64,000 bases of DNA, from assembly GCA_025558095.1 (NCBI GenBank), contig JAIVFI010000040.1:62001-126000 (forward strand), in the 5' to 3' direction. Of this stretch, positions 1 to 9,758 are shown in pieces. The translations under genes and the position numbers were made by a program. Numbering within the stretch: the stretch's first letter is position 1; every line of letters starts with the position of its first letter. The stretch is from Hyaloraphidium curvatum SAG 235-1. Lineage: Eukaryota; Fungi; Monoblepharomycota. The notes beneath the pieces are model-generated. The model was not told the DNA's origin, did no database searches, and was given only the letters and a program-made list of their open reading frames with translations.

Positions 1-2265
1 CTCGTGCAGAGGGCGGTGCCGATGCTGCCCGCGCTGCTGTGCGAGGAGCTGTGCTCGCTCAACCCCGGCGTGGACAGGCTGGCGTTCAGCGTGCGGTGGA
101 CGATGGACGCCGCCGGGAACGTGGAAGGGCAGCCGGAGTTTGGGAGGAGCGTGATACGGAGCTGCGCCAAGCTCGCGTACGGGGACGCGCAGGAGGTGAT
201 CGAAGGGAGGGCTTGGGAGGGGGGGTACTGGAGCCCCGAGACGATGAAGCACCGCCCCCCTCCGCACGTCGAGGCGCCGCACACGTCGGAGCAGGTCGCC
301 GAGGACATCAAGGCGCTGTGGGGGATGGCGAGGGAGCTGAGGAGGAGGAGGTACGAGGGCGGGGCGCTGTGGATGCAGAACGTCAAGCTGTGGTTCGCGC
401 TGGACGACAGGGGGAATCCCGGGGGGGTGGGGGTCTACGTGCAGAAGGAGGCCAACAGGATGATTGAGGAGGTGGGTAGTGGGGCGGACTGGTCCGAGCG
501 CTTTGAGATCTGACGGAAGCCTCTGTCCATTGACCCACAGTTCATGCTCCTCGCCAACATGGCCGTCGCGCAGCGCCTCGCCACCGTCTTCCCCGAGCAC
601 GCCCTGCTGCGCAACCACGGCGCGCCGCAGCAAAAGGCAATGACCAAGTTCCTCGAGCTCGCTGCGCGCCTCGGCCACCCCATGGACGCCTCCTCCGCCG
701 GCGCGCTGCAGGCCTCGTTCGACGCCATCCCGGACGAGAACGTGCGCCTCACCCTGCGGCTCATGTGCATCAAGCCCATGCAGCGGGCAAAGTACTTCTG
801 CACGGGGATGCTGGACGTGGACTACTGGGGCCACTACGCGCTCAACGTGCCGCTCTACACGCACTTCACGAGCCCCATCAGGCGGTACGCCGACCTCGTC
901 GTGCACAGGGAGCTCGATCGGGGGCTGAAGCACGAGGGGTGGGACCTTCCCGAGACGGAGGTGCAGGCCATCGCGGACAACTGCAACCGAAGGAAAGGTG
1001 GGACATCGGCGGGTCGGGCTGGTCTCGGATCGCGGTTGACGCCTCGGCGTTTGGCAGAGGCGGCCAAGAACGCACAGGACGCGAGCCAGAAGCTCTACCT
1101 CTGCGCCTACCTCGCGCAGCGCCAGGCCGAGGACGGAGGCGCCCCTCTCCACGAGGAAGCCATGGTCGTCGACGTGGCCGAGCGCAGCTTCGACGTCATC
1201 GTGCCCCGCTACGGCCTCGAGAAGCGGGTTTGGCTCGAGGACAGCGTCGAGGGCGGCGAGGTCGTGGGGTCGGCGTACGACGCCGCGACGATGAGGCTCA
1301 AGGTCGCGTGGAGGAAGCTGGGCGCGGACCTGGGGGATTTTGTCCCACCGTCGCCGGGGCAGCAGAACGGGAAGCGCGGCAAGGGCATTGACAGACCCGG
1401 GCAGGGCAACCGCAAGAAAGACAAGGGTAGGGGCAGGGCGGAGCCTCTGCCCGAGGACGGCCCCGCGTCGCCGCGGCCGGAGCCTTCGATTGCCCGCATC
1501 GTCAAGGACATGGAGCAGCTGGCGGTCGACGAGTCGCCCGCGGACGGGAGCTCCTCCGGCTTCGAGTCGGACGTGTCGAGCGAGGGCGATGAGGCCGAAT
1601 CAATCCGCACCCCGGAGAGGCTGGAGGTGCCCGTCGCCGCCGGCGAGTTGCCGGCGGACGAGATCCCGCCGACCCCGTTCCGCACGCCCGAAGGCGGCAT
1701 GGATTCCAAGGTGCTGGAGGCTGTCAACGCCGTGGACCGGGAGTTTTCCGAGGTGGGTGGATTCTGGGACCTAAGTCTGCTTCTATTAACCTCTTTCCCT
1801 ACCAGACGGAGGATGAGAAGGCCGCAAAGAATGCTCCTGCCGTCCCGACCATTGCAATTCCCACCCCCACTCCGCCTGCGGAGCCGGCCCCGACCACTGC
1901 TTCCCCGATCACGCCGGGGCGCCCGCAGCGCGTGATCCAGGAGATCGCCGTTTTCACCCGGCTGCTGGTGAAGCTGGAGGTGCTGATGAAGAAGTCGCCA
2001 CCGGACATCAAGGTTCGTCTCGCGATTTCTACCTGCTGCGCGGAACTTGACGGTCGCCGGTCATTGACAGGCTTTTGCGGTGCACCCTACCACGGAAGCA
2101 GAGCTCCGGGCATCGGGACGTTTCGAGCCGTTGGTGGACGCCGCGGAAGCGGTCTCATTCCTTCGCTCGCAGACGGGTGGGGCGATCGCGGACAGCAGGC
2201 CTCACCCTGCCGGGGACGGCATGGTCGTGAGCAACGTCTACGCCGAGGGCGGGGACGAGCACTGA
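1..2265 (+). CDS. DIS3L2: DIS3-like exonuclease 2 (RNase II/RNB family), 5' part outside window; 5 exons visible
   Basis: RNB motifs LCSLNPGVDRLAFSV, ANRMIEE|FMLLAN, HYALNVPLYTHFTSPIRRYAD. GT-AG introns 472-540, 998-1057, 1753-1805 and 2013-2070 keep one frame to TGA at 2265. Confidence 0.88.
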
Positions 2266-2339
2266 ACGGGAAGGAGGAAGGTTTAGACTTGTACAGATCT
2301 TGGAAAAAGAGCTACCATGCTCAACAGCGGAAGTCTCGT

Positions 2340-2999
2340 TCAAGGCAAGCCCCTCTCCTGCTTCGCGACGGCGCTCAAGCCCTGAACGATGCAGGCTTCC
2401 GTCCCGGGGGTCATGAGGTGCCTCCAGGCCTTTCCCTCCTGCGAGAGGTAGAAAGACCAGAAGGATTCGGGAGACGCCCAGCGGTGGATGTGGAGCTGGC
2501 GAGGAGTCCATGCCCCTTCGACGACCAGGATCCGACCGTCGGAAGAGAGGACCGAGGCACCGATCTCCGCCACGTCGGCCTTTTCCTGGTGCTCGAAGAG
2601 CTTGGCCACGGCTTCCGCATCCAGGCCCGCGACGAAGTAGGTCGGTGTCTCCTCAAGGTTGAACGCGGGCGGGTCCGGGCCCCCCTGCACGAGCACCACT
2701 TCCGCGTCCGAGACCAACTGCCGGAGCGCTTTCCATTCCGCGTAGTCCGCGCTTTCGTACCAGGCGAAGAAGTCGTTCGACGAGGGCCACCGGTGCACCA
2801 CGACGCGCTTGTCGACCGGCCACGACGAGTCCACGGCCTCGGGCGACCCGCCGGCCACGAGGAAGGAGCCGCCGGCCTTTGCTATCGTCGGCGCGTGGCC
2901 GATGGCGTAGCGCTTGAAGACCTCGGGGTCCCGGACCGCCACGCGCACCACCGAATAGCAGGGATGCTCCGTCCACCGCAGGCAGGCCTGCGCGGCCAT
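2340..2999 (-). CDS. Tandem DUF1330-like (dimeric alpha-beta barrel) protein, intronless
   Basis: VRDPEVFKRY..GGSFLVAGG..RVVVHRWPS..FFAWYESADY..KALR matches the DUF1330 pattern. A second diverged copy follows (VVEGAWTPRQLHIHRWASPESFWSFYLS). ATG at 2999. Confidence 0.8.
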   Translation of the reverse strand: MAAQACLRWTEHPCYSVVRVAVRDPEVFKRYAIGHAPTIAKAGGSFLVAGGSPEAVDSSWPVDKRVVVHRWPSSNDFFAWYESADYAEWKALRQLVSDAEVVLVQGGPDPPAFNLEETPTYFVAGLDAEAVAKLFEHQEKADVAEIGASVLSSDGRILVVEGAWTPRQLHIHRWASPESFWSFYLSQEGKAWRHLMTPGTEACIVQGLSAVAKQERGLP

Positions 3000-3241
3000 C
3001 TCTGCGCGGCACGTCCAAGGAGACCGAGTAGCGCTCTGCTCGGTATGTGAAGCTGGCGCGGCGACCGGCGGCCTGCTCGGGAAGCCCGAACGTCGGAGAT
3101 TCGCGCGGCCGGGTGGGAGGCACCGTCCGTACGTACGCCCGCGTGCGGTCCGCGTTCCCTTCCAATTCGGAACTCGCTGCCACGCAGGGCCGGACAGGAC
3201 AACGAGCGGCGATTCCCGAGCACGCTGAGGCACGCAGACCG

Positions 3242-3349
3242 TCTATTTATCTCCAGCTGCTCGTTCCCGGCGCCGCAGCTTGGCTCCCGGCCCGCGGTCC
3301 CGCGCCTCACCTCCACGTCACCGCCCGCTCCGGATACGCAGACAGCCGC
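3242..3349. repeat. Diverged ~110-bp direct repeat, copy A (partner 4778-4885)
   Basis: Shared blocks ctccagctg, ccggcgccgcagct, cctcacctccacgtca, gcccgctcc and cgcagacagccgc occur in the same order and spacing. Confidence 0.7.
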
Positions 3350-4777
3350 CCGGTGCTTCGCGGTGATGGTCGGCTGAGTCTGCTCATCACCTTTGAGGGC
3401 ACGAAGAGGGTGGCTGTCGGCGGCAGCATTCCGGGACGGGACGCGACAGACGACGCCCCTCCATTCACCTCGCCGCAGTCAGGCACGGGCAGCAGACAGC
3501 GGCATCACCTGCAGTACATCGACGGCGGATGCTATCGATGTGTTTGCACGGGTCGCCGCCGTCGGAGGACCTCAAACTTGGGAAGCGGGGAAGCCTGCGC
3601 GGACAGAACTGCCGCCGGCGAGGGGCGGCGCGGAGGCGAAAGCCGGACGGAAACGCCCCGGCCTCGTCGTCGACAGCTTCTAACGCCGATGAGGAGATCG
3701 GAGGGTTCGCTGTTGCTGGACAACCCCCGATCGGGCCGGGCGGCGGGCAATTGGCAACCAAAGTGGCTTCTTCTATCGCTGGAGAACAAACGGCGGGCAG
3801 GCGCGGGAGACAACGGTGTCCCATCGGCTCTTGTCGATGGCCGTTAGCCATCAATGAGCTGAGCGGCTTCGCTAGTTGTCGCCCCGACGGGGTTCCGCCG
3901 GACGCGCACGTCTGACGCCGAGGGATGCTTCCTTCCGGCAAGGCCGCGGAGACGGTGGGGCGGGGACGGGCGATCGACAGCCCCGCACAGCAGGGCCTCG
4001 TGAGCCTTGCCGGAAGCCTGCCGTCCCAATACGGACTGTTCGGGCTCACTCCTTGCGGAATTCGATGGCACCGCAGCACGAAGGAGACGGCGGGCTCGGG
4101 GGGCACGATCGACCGGACGCGCCGGTCGATTGTAGCCTCGCAGCCCGCCATCGCCGCATGAAGCACCGCAGCGAGGTGATGGAGCATCCTTGATTTTGGT
4201 CGGGAATGGACGAGGACGGAGACGGCGGGTGCGGGCGGACGCATCTATCGGGTCGCCGATCGATGTGCTCGGGGCGCGTTCCGCCGCCACCAATGACCGG
4301 CACTGTCATGCACTACGGACTCCGCTGTAGAGGGGTTCAAGGCGGGGACGGTGGGGTCGGCGACGGAGCTGTCGGCGGTCACGGACCGCCGATAGTCCCC
4401 CAAGTCGTCCCGCCGTCGCAGGAACCGTCACGTCGCCTCGCATCAGCCTGCCACGCGAACATGCACAGCCCATCTGTTCTTCTCCCGCAGCTCGTTCTCG
4501 GCGTTGCAGCTGTGCTCGACCCGCGGTTCCAGCCCGCCTCAACTCAACGTCACCCTCGCTCCCGAGTCGCGCCGTTTGCCGTGGCCGTTTTCCAGCACTA
4601 TCATGCACTAACGGACTCCGTAGTAGAGGACATGAAGGACGGAGACATTGGGGCTGACGCCGAGGCCGTCGGCGGGCGTGCCGCAGGCGGTTCCGAGCGA
4701 AGCCCTCTGTCGCCGGACCGTTCTTCGACTTCACATCGGTCTGCCACTCATCTACTCACACCACAACGCGCATTCAA

Positions 4778-4885
4778 TCTATCTAGCTCCAGCTGATTGT
4801 TTCCGGCGCCGCAGCTCTGTTTCGGGCCATGGACAGTGCCTCACCTCCACGTCATGCCCGCTCCCGTCGACTCGCAGACAGCCGC
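4778..4885. repeat. Diverged ~110-bp direct repeat, copy B (partner 3242-3349)
   Basis: Same blocks as copy A. Confidence 0.7.
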
Positions 4886-5316
4886 GAGTCGGGCTCGTCC
4901 CCTCATAGGACGCGTCTGTTTGGATCCGTGGGCGGCAGAGAGCTGAGACAGCGGCAGACCCGGAGCTGCCTCCGGGCCCTGCGCCGGTCGCTTTTGGTTT
5001 GAATGTAGATAAGGAGCTGATTCTTGGGGCGTAGGGGGATTTCTAAGTCTACGGTGGGATTGCTAGCTCCTTATTACACACGACCTGAGCTCGTCGACTG
5101 AAGCTGCCGATGCAGCTGGCGGGTTGGACCGCTAGCTGTCACCCGGACCGTCCGGAACTTCTCGGTGCAATCGACCGCCAATTCTGGAACGAAGATGGCG
5201 GCCGCCCCAGGTGTCGAGTCAGCACCCGAACGCTTCGATCAGTCCCTGGACTCCACTTCAGCATGCTTATGCAATACGCGAGCTAGTATTGGAAACACGC
5301 ACTTCCATCGCCGACA

Positions 5317-7687
5317 TCACGTCCGCAGCTTCGACTCAACGCCCCACGGCTCTTTGCGGTACTCCAAGACGTAGTTTTCCCAGAACGGGTGCTTGAACAT
5401 GACCTGCATCTCGTCGTCCGTTGACTGCCCTCTCCATTAGGATCTGTCTGCATCGGCAGCGGTCGCGAGAAGCTTACCGGGAAGAAGCCAAAGAGCTTGT
5501 ACGATCCGTCTTTCCGGTAAACTGGCAGGAGCGGTAGGTAAGTCCGGCTCCGCCAGCAATTCACCACCCAACCACCTTTGTAGTACGACTTGACGCCCGG
5601 TGTCAGCATTGCCATCCCCTCGCCCGCCTTCGCTGACATCGCGGCGAACTTTGCCACGGCCTCCCGGGTGACGTCGATCGAAGCGATGTTGTCCCTCAGC
5701 ATCCGGTCGAACAGCTGGACGACTGGAGCATGAATGAGCGAACCGGTCCGCAGAACGACTCCGAGGCCGGCTCACAGTAGTCCAAGCAGATCTCGCCGGC
5801 ACGCTGAAAGGTGTCCGCGGGAATAGCCTGCGCGGAAGAGGACCAGAGAGGTGAGCTTCAAGCCGAAGACCCACAACAAGGAACACCCACGCCTCCAACC
5901 ATAATGTAGTTGGGATACCCATCGATGTGCGTCCCCATGTAGTTCTGCGGCTCTCCTGCAGATCATCCGTCGAGAATAAGGAGGTGCGTTTCCGGCTTCG
6001 CGAGGTCCACCAACCGAGCTCGAAGAACTTCATCCGCATCTCTACGCCGCCCTTGCCCACGATCGGGAACATCCGCTTCAACGCCTCCATGCCTTGTGCC
6101 CATCCCGTGGCGTAGATGATCACGTCGACCTCCCGCTCGCGCACCTCGGCCGCGGGGTCCACGGGCGGCACCGGCGCCCCCGCCGGCACGGCGGACTTGA
6201 TCGGGTCCTCGGTGTTGGAAACCACCGCCTTGTCCGTGATGCGGAGGAGCCGCTCGTGCACGAGGGTCACGTTGTCGCGCATCAGCGTCGGGTAGAAGAC
6301 CGACGAGACGAGCACACGGCGGGCCCAAGGGGGGTAGGTCGGGGTGAGGATCTCGCGCATCTTGGGGTCCTTGATGTGCGCGTGCATGTTCTCGAGGACC
6401 ATCTCGCGTGTGCGCTTGGACTGGGGGCTGTCCGCGCGGTACATGGCGCCCCACCTAGATCGGAAGGGCGTCAGCCTTGGAGCCCGAAATCAGGTCCGCG
6501 AAATGCCGGCCTCACCAGAGGTCGAAGAACTCCCGGTTGAACCTCCCCCTGTAGAACGCGTAGTCCATCGGGTTCTCGCGCCAAAACTTCTTCTGCTCCT
6601 CGGTGTAGGGCTCGTCGTTACGCGGAAGGATCCATTCGGGAGTACGGTGGTAAACATAGAGGTGTCCGCACTTGGGCGCGATCGTCTGCACGATCTGCAT
6701 GCCCCTGTCAGCCGAAGGGATACCTGGATGAGCTACGAGATGTGTGGCCAACAGAGGCACTTACGCGGCTGCGCAACCAATCACGGCGACCCTCTTCCCA
6801 GTGAGGTCTGCAAGTTTCCATCAGACCGTATCAGCGAAGACTGTTTTGGCCCAGCTCACCGTAGTCCATGTCGTAGACGGAGGAGTGCATGACTTTGCCC
6901 TTGAAAGCTCCAAGCTACGAAGGCAGGGAATGAGTTTCGAGGCCATAAAAAGCACTCAAGGGACCACGAACCGGCTGGACGTCCTTGTTCCGCCGGTAGT
7001 AGGTCTCATCCTCGTTCCACCCTGCGCCAGGCACGTCCGGGAATCCGGGCTCGTTGGTGACCTTGTGGCAGTCCATCACGATGTGCGCCGTCACGTCCTC
7101 CTCCACGAACTCGTCCGAGTTCGGGCCGGCATACTTGGCCAGCTTCAGCCGCCACAGCTGCGCGGCCTCGTCCCAGACCATGGAGCGAACGGCGGTGTTG
7201 AATCGCGTGTAGCGGTACAAATCGTGCTTTTTCGCGACGCGGAGGATGTCTGCAGCCGCCGGGATCAGCGGTTGCGGCCCGGGAATGGTAGACGGGCCCA
7301 CATTCCAGCAGCTCCTCCCGGAAAGGGTACGGGCGGCTCCAATCCGGGTTGGGCTCCCAACTCCATTGGTAGAGGACGGCGGGGATATCGCAGCTCAAGC
7401 CCGGATAGCGGACGTTCCACCAGGTGCCGCCGAAGTCTTCCGCCCGTTCCAGGATCTCGAAGTTGTAGTGACGCGACTTGTTCATGAGGTACCATGCCGC
7501 TTGAATACCGTTAACGCCGGCACCGATGATGATGACCTGTGGCCGGCAAGCCGAAAGGATGAGGAGCGCGAGGGACAGAGTGGGAGACATGAGCGACCTT
7601 GGGCCCGGTTTGCTCGACGGCGTGGCCGTTCGCGGCCTGTGCCGAGCCCGCAGAAGACGTTCCATTGACTCCATTGACCGCGGCCAT
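5317..7687 (-). CDS. Class B flavin-dependent monooxygenase (BVMO/FMO family), multi-exon
   Basis: VIIIGAGVNG Rossmann motif; FGGTWWNVRYPGLSCDIP (BVMO GGxWxxxxYPGxxxD motif); FKGKVMHSSVY fingerprint; KRVAVIGCAASG; DVIIYATG. Last exon reads STDDEMQVMFKHPFWENY..ESKLRT*. Confidence 0.88.
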
Positions 7688-7843
7688 TGCGCTTTCCGAG
7701 AACCGTGGCGCGATGCGGAGCTCAACGACGCCGTGGTGTTAGGCGCCGCGTCTTGCCTCAACCTCCCGCGCCGCGCGGAGTGGCGAAGCTGCGAGGTACA
7801 GATAAAAGTAGAGCAGATCACAAGAAGCATCGATTACAAAACG

Positions 7844-8902
7844 CTAAGGACATTCGGGTCCTTCGACGAACGTCAATTCGAGGGTCGGGCCGCGAAATGC
7901 GCCAAGGCATTCCTCCATCAGCGCCGGCACGTCATGACGGGCGAACCGGTCGACGCCGAACACGGCACGCTCCCCGATCCCCCTGAGAAGCACGGTGCCG
8001 CATCGCACAAACTTTGTCCGCAAGGGCGGGCAGAGCTTCTCGACGTCAATGTCCAGCATCATGATCGTGTGGTCGGGGAACGATTTGTCCTGGTCCTGCA
8101 GCCGGCTGGCCGTGTTGATGGCCGGGCTCATGGCGTGGATCGCTCTCACGCGGCCGCTGAAGTCCCGCCGCGGGACAAAGTGGGGCATTTTCTCGGCCAA
8201 AATCGCGTGAAGCATCCGGTCGAACTCGGCCAGGCGGCCGGTCGGATCCCGGTCCGGGACAAAGGGGTCGCCGACCTGCACATCCCCAGCGGCGAGCCCG
8301 ATGCCCGTCTCGTGCCACCTCCCACTCGACTGCACCAATCCCTGTCGGCTCCACACCTCTGCGATCGCGTTCGTGAGGGAAATCAGGTCCAAGGCGCAGA
8401 GCACGGCGTGGTCCAGGCTCGGAAGCAGGGTGCGACCTTTGTCGTCCTTCTTCCCCAGCGTGAGGACCAGCAGTCCATCCCCAGTGTAGTTCAGGTAGTG
8501 GCAATCCCATCGTTCCAGCAGCTCGGTCACCTGGGAGAAGTAGGAGAAGCTCAGGAGGTCAAACACCTTGACCCCCCATCTTTCCGCGACGTTCCGCGAC
8601 AGCTCCGTGAATCCCCTGATGTCCGTGATGAAGGTGGCCACGTCGTCGAACTCCATGGTCAGGACCCGTCTGTCTGCGCCCAGATGAAGGGGAAGGGCCG
8701 TCGGGTTCAGGAGCGACTTCATCTGCATCAGCAGGCCTTCGTACGCTTCCAGCAGCGCGGCCGTCGTTTCGCCTCCGGAGCTTGAAGCGGCGTCAAACAC
8801 AGGACTGACCAGCTCCAGTTCGGGGTAGCGCGCGATGACCTGCCGAGCCCGTGCCCAGGCCTCCGACGCGTCGGCGTCACCGTTCGTTGTCGCCGGCGGC
8901 AT
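7844..8902 (-). CDS. Stand-alone class III nucleotide (adenylate/guanylate-like) cyclase, intronless, 352 aa
   Basis: TFITDIRGFTELS (metal Asp 1), YTGDGLL (metal Asp 2), GIGLAAGDVQVG, INTASRLQ (catalytic Asn/Arg), LLRGIG. Confidence 0.85.
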   Translation of the reverse strand: MPPATTNGDADASEAWARARQVIARYPELELVSPVFDAASSSGGETTAALLEAYEGLLMQMKSLLNPTALPLHLGADRRVLTMEFDDVATFITDIRGFTELSRNVAERWGVKVFDLLSFSYFSQVTELLERWDCHYLNYTGDGLLVLTLGKKDDKGRTLLPSLDHAVLCALDLISLTNAIAEVWSRQGLVQSSGRWHETGIGLAAGDVQVGDPFVPDRDPTGRLAEFDRMLHAILAEKMPHFVPRRDFSGRVRAIHAMSPAINTASRLQDQDKSFPDHTIMMLDIDVEKLCPPLRTKFVRCGTVLLRGIGERAVFGVDRFARHDVPALMEECLGAFRGPTLELTFVEGPECP

Positions 8903-9181
8903 TGTCCGCCACGCAAAGGCCCTCCGAGACTAGATGCGCTTAGAAATGTCGTCCAATCCCGAACAACGCCGAACCCTGACGTGGCCCGAATCCCCGTCCA
9001 CCGCGACCCTTCCAATTGCGGGCCGCCGCTTCAAAGTGGATCCAGGGGTTGTTGCTTGTATATCGCCACGCTCATGCCACCTCTGCGCTCGAAGTGGGAC
9101 GCTCTCCGGGTGACTGCGCGGTCTCGACGACGCTCCCGCCGCGGCTCGCCCTGCCCTGCCTAGCTGCAACAAACAATCGAC

Positions 9182-9634
9182 ATGGCAGCTCCGACCGCTC
9201 CCCAGCGCCAGCAGCAGCCATCGGCGTCGGCTGCGTACCTGATCCCGCTGCTGCCGCCGCAGGTCGCGGCGGTGGCGTTCCCGCGGGGCGCGGACTGGTC
9301 GGCGTCGCCGGTGCCTGCGGGGCTCTCGTCGGCGGCGTGCTTCGCGCACGCCGTCGCCAACTCGGAGCGGCGGCCGCTGAAGCCGTCGATGGGCACGCTG
9401 CCGATGCTCGGCTTCGCGACGATGTTTGGCGCCGCCGCGTATGTGCTGGCGCGCAGCGACACGGACAACGGGGCGTCGACCGCCACCGCCTGGAGCCTCA
9501 CCTACTCGCTGCTCAACTTCGTGCCCTCGCTCCGCGCGTGGCGGACCAACAAACTCGCCGCCGCGATCGCTTTCCTGCCTTGGACGAACCTCTTTGTCTA
9601 CGGGACGCGGACGGCCGCCTACCATCTCGGCTGA
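9182..9634 (+). CDS. Aim19-like small membrane protein
   Basis: 150 aa with 3-4 hydrophobic segments. DTDNGASTATAWSLTY resembles the Aim19 family D.ENG.G..AWS.LY motif. Confidence 0.6.
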   Translation: MAAPTAPQRQQQPSASAAYLIPLLPPQVAAVAFPRGADWSASPVPAGLSSAACFAHAVANSERRPLKPSMGTLPMLGFATMFGAAAYVLARSDTDNGASTATAWSLTYSLLNFVPSLRAWRTNKLAAAIAFLPWTNLFVYGTRTAAYHLG

Positions 9635-9758
9635 GGCGGCGTTCACCGCGACCTGAAGACCTCGAAATCTCTCCAAATCGGACCCAGTTGCGGGTATCCA
9701 GTCAAAACACATGAACTGCGTTTCATGACGACGTGTTTTCGAACGAGCGGACAACTGC

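Noticed and set aside
3047-4796. ORFs of 130-266 aa in the gap between DUF1330 and the monooxygenase
   Set aside because: No recognisable motifs and a composition typical of non-coding GC-rich frames.
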